In this document: positions 48,309-56,400 of the stretch, piece after piece | How the letters are laid out: each line of letters starts with the position of its first letter | Numbering within the stretch: position 1 is the stretch's first letter | Program-made: the position numbers and the translations under genes | Assembly: GCA_039649115.1 (NCBI GenBank) | Contig: JBBWZQ010000338.1 | Location: 100 to 64,099, forward strand | DNA from: Micromonosporaceae bacterium | GTDB taxonomy: Bacteria; Actinomycetota; Actinomycetes; Mycobacteriales; Micromonosporaceae | DNA length: 64,000 nt | Direction of reading: 5' to 3' | Notes under the pieces: generated by a model | What the model was told of the DNA's origin: nothing | Databases searched by the model: none | Seen by the model: only the letters and a program-made list of their open reading frames with translations

Positions 48309-49033
48309 GCCGGCACCGGCAGCAGCCGGGCTCCCGCCGACTGCCGGGCGACCGCGTACATCGCGGAGAGCATGGCATCGCCCAGCACCGTGGCGGTCAC
48401 CACCGCCTCGCGCAGCTGTGCCTGCCGGTGCCCGCCCGCGACCCCGTCCGGCGGCCCGTCCACCGGCGCGACGCGATCCGCGGCGGGCGGGCGGCGGGCG
48501 GCGGTACCGTCCGCCGCCAGGGCCGCCAGCGTCTGCAGATCCCGCTCGGCGAGGCGGGTGGCCGCCGCCGCGTAGCTCTCCAGCGCATCGTGGACCCCGT
48601 CCATCTCCAGCACGCGCAGCGTGGCGAGGACCTCGACGAGCCGCTCCAGGTCCGGCGTGTCCGGGCTCACCCGCCACCCGTACCGGTCCGCCACGGCGGC
48701 CACCTGGGCGCGCGCCACGCGCCGGGTGGCCTCGTCCAGCCTGACGCGGTGGGTCGGGCCGAGCCGGGCATGGGTGGCGGCGAGCAGTTGGCCGGTGGTC
48801 ACCTGGCCGTCGTCGAGCGCGCCGAGCAGGTCGCGGGTCGCGACGACACTGAGCCTGCCCAGGTCGAGCAGGACCCGGATCAGGCGCAGCCGGCGCACGT
48901 GCAGGTCGCCGTAGACGGCCTGGTTGGGAGCTGTCGTGGTGCCGGACGGGAGAAGGCTCTCGCGAAGGTAGTACTTGATGGTCGGCACCGGCACTCCGCT
49001 GCGTCGCGCCAGCTCGCTGATCCGCATGCCCAC
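48275..49033 (-). CDS. MerR-family transcriptional regulator
   Basis: The N-terminal HTH is MRISELARRSGVPVPTIKYYLRESLLP. It is divergent from the enediyne cassette, and its 3' end overlaps the AraC 3' end by 34 nt. Confidence 0.85.
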   Translation of the reverse strand: MGMRISELARRSGVPVPTIKYYLRESLLPSGTTTAPNQAVYGDLHVRRLRLIRVLLDLGRLSVVATRDLLGALDDGQVTTGQLLAATHARLGPTHRVRLDEATRRVARAQVAAVADRYGWRVSPDTPDLERLVEVLATLRVLEMDGVHDALESYAAAATRLAERDLQTLAALAADGTAARRPPAADRVAPVDGPPDGVAGGHRQAQLREAVVTATVLGDAMLSAMYAVARQSAGARLLPVPAQSRSDSATPA

Positions 49034-49060
49034 CGAGCCCTCCTTTCGTTGCCCAGAGCG

Positions 49061-49076
49061 CTATATGTTTTTATAG
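49061..49076. promoter_or_regulatory. Palindrome CTATATGTTTTTATAG upstream of the MerR gene
   Basis: 5-bp arms CTATA / TATAG around a T-rich centre, 28 nt upstream of the MerR start. It lies in an otherwise GC-rich 325-bp intergenic region. Confidence 0.3.
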
Positions 49077-49287
49077 TAGACTACCGGAAACGGCGGTGCT
49101 GTCACCTGACGCCGTGCCACAGCGAACGCGTCCACTGTGGATCGGCTCCAATCTTCAATTGGTGAAAGTACATCGCCGTCACCGCGAGAGAGCACTCTCG
49201 ACTCCGCAGATCGGGGCGCAGCGCGTGGCTGAACGGCGCCCGGACCACAAGTGGAAGGCGCCAGGAGGGCTTGAGCGCTGCTATAAC

Positions 49288-49302
49288 TGATTAAAGAAAT
49301 CA
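49288..49302. promoter_or_regulatory. Palindrome TGATTAAAGAAATCA immediately upstream of the first enediyne cassette gene
   Basis: Arms TGATT / AATCA within the most AT-rich stretch of the intergenic region. It lies 57 nt upstream of the ATG at 49359. Confidence 0.3.
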
Positions 49303-49358
49303 TCAAGGTGGTGCTGCCAGGATTTGTCCGGCGCAAACGACGAGCGGTGAGGCTACCG

Positions 49359-50330
49359 ATGACCGCACTCAAGGACCAGGTAACGAGCACCCGACCTGTT
49401 GGCTGGCGCCGGCTGTTGGCGCTGCACCCGTCCATGGTGGACTTCGCGCGGCGCGGCTTCCGTACCGGGCCGGCCGGTACCCGCGCCGCGCTGGAGGGTG
49501 CGGCCGGCGCCTTTCTGCTCGGCTTCAACGCGGAACTGGCGATGCCGGCCAGCCAGGCTCCCGAGTTGACGCACCTGCCGGAGCACCGGCGCGGGTTCGC
49601 GGCCGAGGGGGCGGCGATGGCGGCGGCCCTGCTCGACATGATGAACCCGGCCGGCGGGCGGCGGCTCGCGGCGGTACGCCAGCGGCACGCGGCCCGGTAC
49701 ACGTACCTGCTGCACGTGGGGTCCGGCTGGGCGATGGCCAAGCTGCACCGGTCACGGCTGGGCCGGTTGGGTGCCGACGAGCCGCTGCTGCGCTGGCTCG
49801 CTTATGACGGCATGGGGTTCTGCCAGGCGTTCTTCGCGAGCGAGCGGCAGTTGCGAGGATGGTACGCGCACCGGGACAGCTGCCCGCCCACCTGCGACAT
49901 CCGGTACCAGGGACTCGGGCGCAGCCTCTGGTTCCGGGAGTGTGGCACGCCCGCCGCGCTGGCCGCCCGGATCCAGCGACTGCCGCGGCGGCACCACGCC
50001 GATGCCTGGAGCGGGGTTGCGCTGGCCGCCACGTACGCGGGTGGGGTGCCCGAGGCCAGCTATGCCGAACTGCGGGAACTGGCTGGCGGGCACGGTGCCG
50101 CGATCGCGCAGGGCGCCGCGTTCGGCGCCGGCGCGTGGCAACTGTGCGGCCACGTACCCGCACACGCGCACGCCGCCGTCCGCGCGCTCGCGGGCGCCAC
50201 GGTCGACGAGGCCGCGCAATGGACCCGACAGGCGCGGCACGGGCTGGCACATCCCGGCGCGCAGGCCGACCACTTCCGGCTGTGGCGGGTCCGCATCCAG
50301 CAGCGGGCCGCCGAGCACGGCCACACCTGA
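49359..50330 (+). CDS. unbL: Enediyne biosynthesis protein UnbL / E3 (DUF1702)
   Basis: ATG at 49359 with a GGTGAGG SD, within track ORF 49308..50330. The sequence (FARRGF...LEGAAGAFLLGFN...HRRGFAAEGAAMA...LAYDGMGF...WSGVALAATYAGG) fits DUF1702 as I recall it. Its position as first gene of the cassette is also consistent. Confidence 0.8.
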   Translation: MTALKDQVTSTRPVGWRRLLALHPSMVDFARRGFRTGPAGTRAALEGAAGAFLLGFNAELAMPASQAPELTHLPEHRRGFAAEGAAMAAALLDMMNPAGGRRLAAVRQRHAARYTYLLHVGSGWAMAKLHRSRLGRLGADEPLLRWLAYDGMGFCQAFFASERQLRGWYAHRDSCPPTCDIRYQGLGRSLWFRECGTPAALAARIQRLPRRHHADAWSGVALAATYAGGVPEASYAELRELAGGHGAAIAQGAAFGAGAWQLCGHVPAHAHAAVRALAGATVDEAAQWTRQARHGLAHPGAQADHFRLWRVRIQQRAAEHGHT

Positions 50331-50351
50331 CCATACGGACGGGAGTCCAGC

Positions 50352-52265
50352 ATGTCCCTTCCTCACGCCGCGCGCGGCGCCCTGGCCGGCGCCACCGCAC
50401 TGGCGCTGTGCATCGCCGCCGGCATCGCCACCCGGCTACCCTCGGCGAGCGCCGCGCAGCGGTCCGCACTGGCCGCGCGGTTCCCGTTCACCCTGAGCTA
50501 CGCGAACGACGATCCGGCGCACGCCCGGACGGCACGGGCGGTCCAGCCCGCGCTACGCCATGTCCAGGCGTGGATATCGGCCGTCGGGGCCGGCGCGGGA
50601 CTGGCCGACTACAACGGCGACGGGCTGGCCAACGAGCGCTGCCTGGTGGATCCCCGGGACGACTCGGTCACCATCGCGCCGACTCCGGAGCAGCCGGGCC
50701 GGTTCCCCGCCTTCGCGGTCACCCCCACGGGCCTGTACTACAACGCCACCAGCACGGCGCCGATGGGGTGCCTGCCGGCGGACTTCAACGAGGACGGCTA
50801 CCCCGATCTGCTGGTCTACTTCTGGGGCCGGCCACCCGTGCTGTACCTGCGCCGGCCCGGCACCCCGCTGACCGCGGCCGGCTTCGTCGCCACCGACATC
50901 GTCGCCGACCCCACCCAGATCTGGAACAGCACCACGGCCAACGCGGTCGATCTGGATGGCGACGGCCACCTGGACCTGTTCATCGGCAACTACTTCCCGG
51001 ACGGCGCGCGGGTGCTCGACCCCAACGCCGCCGGCGACAAGCTGATGCAGATGCAGGAGTCCATGTCGGTGTCACCCAACGGCGGGCGGAACCGGATCCT
51101 GCGGTTCGCCGGTCTCTCCACAGTGGATGATGTACGGCGGCCCGGGTACGCCGACGCGTCGGCGGCGCTGACCGCGGGCGAGGCGCACTCCTGGACTCTG
51201 GCCACCGGCGCGCAGGACCTCGACGGGGACGGGCTGCCGGAGCTCTACGTCGCCAACGACTTCGGCCCGGACTACCTGCTGCGCAACGTCTCCCGGCCCG
51301 GCGACATCCGGTTCACGCCGCTGCGCGGGCAGCGCGACGCCACCGAGCCCAAGTCCAAGGTGATCGGCAACGACTCGTTCAAGAGCATGGGCGTGGCCTT
51401 CACCGACCTCAACCGGGACGGCCGGCCCGACATCCTGGTCAGCAACATCACCACACCGTTCGGGCTGGAGGAGAGCAACTTCGCCTTCGTCAGCACCGCG
51501 GCCGGCCCGCTGACCGGCGGGGTGGCCCCGTACCGGGACGAGAGCCAGCGCCTGGGCATGGCGCGCACCGGGTGGGCGTGGGACATCAAGACCGCCGACT
51601 TCGACGGCGACGGTCGGGACGAGGTGGTTCAGGCGGTCGGCTTCGTGACCGGCAACACCAACCGCTGGCCCCAACTGCAGGAGTTGGCGATGGCCAACGA
51701 CGTGATCCTGCGCTACCCGTGGGCCTGGCCCAACTTCCCGCCCGGTGCGGACATCGCCGGTCACCAGCGCGACCCGTTCCTGGTGCGGGACCGGAGTGGT
51801 CGATTCGTCGACATCGGCGCGCAGGTGGGGCTGGACAACAGCGGTACCAGCCGGGGCATCGCCATCGGCGACGTGGACCACGACGGCAGGCCGGACGTGC
51901 TGATCGCCAACCAGTGGGCCCGCTCCGTCCTGCTGCACAATGCCGGCCCGCCCCGCGCCTACCTCGGGCTGCGGCTGCTGCTGCCGGCCATCGCGCCGGA
52001 CGCACTGCCCCGGGTCGCGGTGGGCGCGTCGGTCACCGTCACCAGGCCGGACGGTACCCGGCTGATCGGGCAGCTCTTCCCCGCCAACGGCCACACCGGC
52101 GTCAACGCGCCCGAGTTGCTGTTCGGGCTCGGCACGCCGGGTGCCGCCGGTCCGGTCGCGGTGACCGTGCAGTGGCGCGACGCGGGCGGCCTGCACACCA
52201 TGTCCACCAACCTCGATGCCGGCTGGCACACGCTCGTGCTGGGCGCCGGCACCGCCACAGGCTGA
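50352..52265 (+). CDS. unbV: Enediyne biosynthesis protein UnbV / E4 (FG-GAP/VCBS repeats + ASPIC/UnbV C-terminal domain), secreted or anchored
   Basis: 637-aa ORF with an N-terminal signal/anchor. Five D.DGDG-type repeats are visible (DLDGDGHLDLF, DLDGDGLPELYV, DLNRDGRPDILV, DFDGDGRDEVV, DVDHDGRPDVLI). The C-terminal block is GASVTVTRPDG...NGHTGVNAPELLFGLG. Confidence 0.85.
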   Translation: MSLPHAARGALAGATALALCIAAGIATRLPSASAAQRSALAARFPFTLSYANDDPAHARTARAVQPALRHVQAWISAVGAGAGLADYNGDGLANERCLVDPRDDSVTIAPTPEQPGRFPAFAVTPTGLYYNATSTAPMGCLPADFNEDGYPDLLVYFWGRPPVLYLRRPGTPLTAAGFVATDIVADPTQIWNSTTANAVDLDGDGHLDLFIGNYFPDGARVLDPNAAGDKLMQMQESMSVSPNGGRNRILRFAGLSTVDDVRRPGYADASAALTAGEAHSWTLATGAQDLDGDGLPELYVANDFGPDYLLRNVSRPGDIRFTPLRGQRDATEPKSKVIGNDSFKSMGVAFTDLNRDGRPDILVSNITTPFGLEESNFAFVSTAAGPLTGGVAPYRDESQRLGMARTGWAWDIKTADFDGDGRDEVVQAVGFVTGNTNRWPQLQELAMANDVILRYPWAWPNFPPGADIAGHQRDPFLVRDRSGRFVDIGAQVGLDNSGTSRGIAIGDVDHDGRPDVLIANQWARSVLLHNAGPPRAYLGLRLLLPAIAPDALPRVAVGASVTVTRPDGTRLIGQLFPANGHTGVNAPELLFGLGTPGAAGPVAVTVQWRDAGGLHTMSTNLDAGWHTLVLGAGTATG

Positions 52266-52338
52266 CGCCGCCACCTGCGCCGCCCGCCGCGCGGGTGGCG
52301 GCGGGTGGCCGGACCGGACCCCAGGAGGCTGAACGACC

Positions 52339-53418
52339 ATGCTGCAGCGAACCGCCCCGCGAACCGCCCCGCGAACCGCCCCGCCGACCGTGCGGACAGC
52401 CGGGCCGACCGCTCCGCGAACAGTCGAGCCGACCGTCCCGCCGGGCGCCGAGCCGACCGTCCCGCCCGGCGCCCGGTCCGGCGCGGCGGACCCGCGCATC
52501 ACCGCGCTGCGCCGCTTCGCCATCTCCATCACGGTCTTCAACATCGTGGGCCATCTGTTCCTGGGCTTCGAGCAGGCCTACCTCACCCCGGTGGTCGGAC
52601 TGCTCACCGGGTACGTGGTCAGCCTCGTGCTGGAGACGGTGGACGCCTGGGCACGCGGGCGCCAGCCCCGGTACCGGGGTTCGGCGCGCACCTTCGTCAA
52701 CTTCCTGCTGCCGGCGCACATCGCCGGGCTGGCCTGCGCGATGCTGCTCTACGGCAACGAGAGCCTGTGGCCGACCGTGTTCGCGGTGACCGTGGCGGTG
52801 GCCAGCAAGTACCTCGTCAGGGTGCGGGTCGGCGGCGCGCTGCGGCACGTGCTGAACCCGAGCAACTTCGGCATCAGCGTGACGCTGCTGTGCTTCACCT
52901 GGGTCAGCATCGCCCCGCCGTACCAGTTCACCGAGTTCGTCCGCGGGCCGCTCGACTGGCTCATCCCGCTCGCCGTGCTGGCATCCGGGACGATGCTCAA
53001 CGCCAAGCTGACCCACCGGGTACCGCTGATCCTGGGCTGGGTCGGTGGCTTCGTGCTGCAGGCCGTCATCCGGGCGCTGTTCTTCCACGACTCGCTGGTG
53101 TCGATCCTGCTCGTGATGGCCGGCGTGGCGTTCATCCTCTACACGAACTACATGATCACCGACCCGGGTACCACCCCGACCGCGCCCCGCAACCAGGTGA
53201 TCTTCGGTCTGCTGACCGCCCTGACGTACGGCGCTCTGGTGGTCGCGCACATCGCGTTCGGCCTGTTCTTCGCCCTCGTCATCGTGTGCGTCGGCCGGCT
53301 GTTGTGGACCCTGGTGAGCCAGCGGCTGCGCGCCACGCGGCCGGCCGGGTCCGAACCGTCGGCGGCGGTGCGGCCGGCGCCGCAGCCGGCCGTGGCCGCC
53401 AGCGGGCAGGCGTCCTGA
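52339..53418 (+). CDS. unbU: Enediyne biosynthesis membrane protein UnbU / E5
   Basis: 359-aa polytopic ORF with an AGGAGG SD, in the conserved position between unbV and pksE. The N-terminal ~50 aa are low-complexity tandem repeats (TAPRTAPRTAPPT; EPTVPPGAEPTVPPGA), so the true start is uncertain. Confidence 0.75.
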   Translation: MLQRTAPRTAPRTAPPTVRTAGPTAPRTVEPTVPPGAEPTVPPGARSGAADPRITALRRFAISITVFNIVGHLFLGFEQAYLTPVVGLLTGYVVSLVLETVDAWARGRQPRYRGSARTFVNFLLPAHIAGLACAMLLYGNESLWPTVFAVTVAVASKYLVRVRVGGALRHVLNPSNFGISVTLLCFTWVSIAPPYQFTEFVRGPLDWLIPLAVLASGTMLNAKLTHRVPLILGWVGGFVLQAVIRALFFHDSLVSILLVMAGVAFILYTNYMITDPGTTPTAPRNQVIFGLLTALTYGALVVAHIAFGLFFALVIVCVGRLLWTLVSQRLRATRPAGSEPSAAVRPAPQPAVAASGQAS

Positions 53419-53427
53419 GGGGGCCTG

Positions 53428-56400
53428 ATGCCTGAGCAGACAGCGGACAACGACGTCGTCATCGTCGGGATGGCCTGCCGGTACCCGGACGCGGACGACC
53501 CGGGCGAGCTCTGGCAGAACGTGCTGAGCCGGCGCCGCTCGTTCCGCCGGATGCCCGCGGCCCGGCTACCCGTCTCCGAGTACGGCGGGGACGGCGCGGA
53601 CGGGACGTACGTGACCCGGGCCGCGGTGCTGGACGGCTGGACCTTCGACCGGCAGCGGTTCCGGGTACCGGGCGACACGTATCGCGCGGTGGACCTGACG
53701 CACTGGCTGGCGCTGGAGGTGGGCGCGGCGGCGCTGGCCGATGCCGGGTTCGCCGGCGGGGAAGGGCTGGACCGCACGCGTACCGGCGTCGTGCTGGGCA
53801 ACTCGCTGACCGGCGAGTTCTCGCGCGCCGCGGTACTGCGCACGCGCTGGCCGTACGTGCGCCGGACGGTGGCGGCGGCGCTGGCCGCAACCGAGCTGTC
53901 CGTGGCGGCGCAGCGGGAGCTGCTGTCCACTGTGGAGCAACACTTCAAGGCGCCGTTCCCGCGCCCGTCGGACGAGACGCTCGCCGGCGCGCTGTCCAAC
54001 ACCATCGCCGGACGCATCTGCAACTACTTCGACTTCCAGGGCACCGGGTACACCGTCGACGCGGCGTGTGCGTCGTCGCTCCTCGCGGTCGTCACCGCGG
54101 CCGAGGCGGTGGCGGCCGGCCGGCTCGACGTCGCGCTGGCCGGCGGGGTGGACCTCAGCCTGGACCCGTTCGAACTGGTCGGCTTCGCCCGGGTCGGCGC
54201 GCTCGCCGACGGTGACATGCGGGTGTACGACGCCCGGCCGACCGGGTTCCTGCCCGGCGAGGGCTGCGGCGTGCTGGTGCTGTGCCGGGCCGGGTACGCG
54301 CGGCGCAAGGGACTGCGCCGGTACGCCCGGCTGCTCGGCTGGGCCACGTCCTCGGACGGCGGCGGCGGGTTGACCCGTCCGGAGCTGGCCGGCCAGCGGC
54401 TCGCGCTGAGCCGGGCGTACCGTGGCGCCGCGCTGGACCCCAACCTGGTCGCGCTCGTCGAGGGGCACGGCACCGGTACCGAAGTCGGGGACGCCACCGA
54501 GCTGCGTACCCTCATCGAGGTACGCGAGCAGGGCGAGCGGGCGCCGGACCTGGCCCCGGCCGCACTGGGCAGCGTCAAGGGCAACATCGGCCACACCAAG
54601 GCCGCCGCCGGGGTGGCCGGGCTCATCAAGGCGACCCTCGCCCTCGACGCGGAGATCCTGCCGCCCACCACCGGCTGCGAGCAGCCGCACCCGCTGCTCG
54701 CCGCGGCGCGGCACACGCTGCGGGTGACCGGCGAGGCGCAGCCGTGGCCGGCCCGGGACCGGTACGCGGCGGTCAGCGCGATGGGGTTCGGCGGCATCAA
54801 CGCGCACGTGGTACTCGGCGGCGCCGAGCCGACGAACCGCCGGGCGCTCAGCCACCAGGAGCGGCGGCTGGCCGCGCGCCATCCCCGGCGCGAGGTCGTC
54901 GTGTGCGCCGCCGCCACCCGCGAGGAGCTGGCGGCCTCGCTGGCGACCATCCGGGACGCGGCACCGCAGATGTCGCGGGCGGAACTGGCCGACCTCGCCG
55001 CCAGCCTGGCGGGCGCGCACCGGGGCGACGCCGCGGTCCGCTTCGGCGCGGCGGTGGACGACCCGGACGACCTGGCCGCCAAGCTGGGGTACGCGCTGGA
55101 CCAGCTGGCCGCCGGCGAGCGGCGGGTACTGGAGCGCACCCGCCGGGTGTTCCTGACCGCCGGCGCGCCGCTTCGGGTCGGGCTGCTCTTCTCCGGGCAG
55201 GCGGCGCCCGTCTACGCCGGCCCGGGTGCCCTCGGCGACCTGCTCGACGACCTGCCCGAGGGGTACGCCGACCCGCTGCCCGTCCCGGCCGGCACCGTGG
55301 CCGGTACGGCGGTCGCCCAGCCGGCGATCCTGCGCGCGAGCCTGGCCGGCCTGCGCTGGCTGGACACCCTGGGCGTACGGGCCACCGAGGCCGTGGGGCA
55401 CAGCCTCGGCGAGATCACCGCGCTGGTCTGGGCCGGCGCGCTGTCCGAGGCGGAGGCGTACGCGCTGGCCCGGGCGCGCGGCGCGGCGATGGCGGCGGCC
55501 AGCGAGCAGGGCGGCATGGCCAGCCTCCACGCCGACCTGGCGACCGTCGCCGAGCTGCTGGCCGGCGGCGACGCCGTGCTCGCCGCGGACAACGCCGAGC
55601 GCCAGGCGGTGATCTCCGGTACCCCGGAGGACGTGGCGCGGGTACTGGCGGCCGCCGCGCAGCGCGGTATCGACGGCACCTGGCTACCGGTGGCACACGC
55701 GTTCCACTCGCCGCTCATGGAGCCGGCCGCCGCGCTGGTACGGGCGGCCGCCGGGCGAGCGTGCTGGCGTACCCCGTTGCGGCCCGTCGCCTCGACCGTC
55801 ACGGGTACCTGGTGGAGTCCGGACCAGGATCCGCTGGAGCTGCTGGTACGCCAGCTCACCGCACCGGTGCGCTTCCGCGAGGCGCTCGGCCTGCTCCGCG
55901 CCGAGCTGCTGATCGAGGTCGGTCCGGGGCACGTGCTGGCCGGGCTGGCCGGTGACCGGGCGGTACCGGTGGACGCCGGCGGACCCGGGGGCGAAGACCT
56001 GGCGACGGCCACCGCCGCGCTGTTCGCCGCCGGTGCCGTCGAGGATGTCCAGCCGTACTTCCGCCGGCGCTTCACCCGGCCGTTCGACCCGGCCCGGCCG
56101 CGCGCCTTCCTGGCCAACCCGTGCGAGAGCGCCGCCGGGCCGCAAGCCGTTGCCGGGGCCCAGGTCACGACGGCGGCTCGGGGCACGGCCGCGGCTCGGG
56201 GCACGGCTGCGGCACAGGGGACGCCGGGTGGCCCGCCGGAGCCCGGTCCCGTACCGCCGGCAGACCCGCTGGAGCTGGTGACCACCGAGGTGGCTGCCGC
56301 CGCCGAACTGGACCCGGCCGTGCTGCGGCCGGACACCCGGCTGCTCGCCGACCTGCACCTCACCTCGTTGCGGGTCAGCCAGCTCGCCGGCGAGGTGGCC

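Noticed and set aside
49096-49290. 64-aa ORF in the MerR / unbL intergenic region.
   Set aside because: It has a basic, low-complexity product, no SD and weak third-position GC bias. It is more likely promoter or leader sequence.
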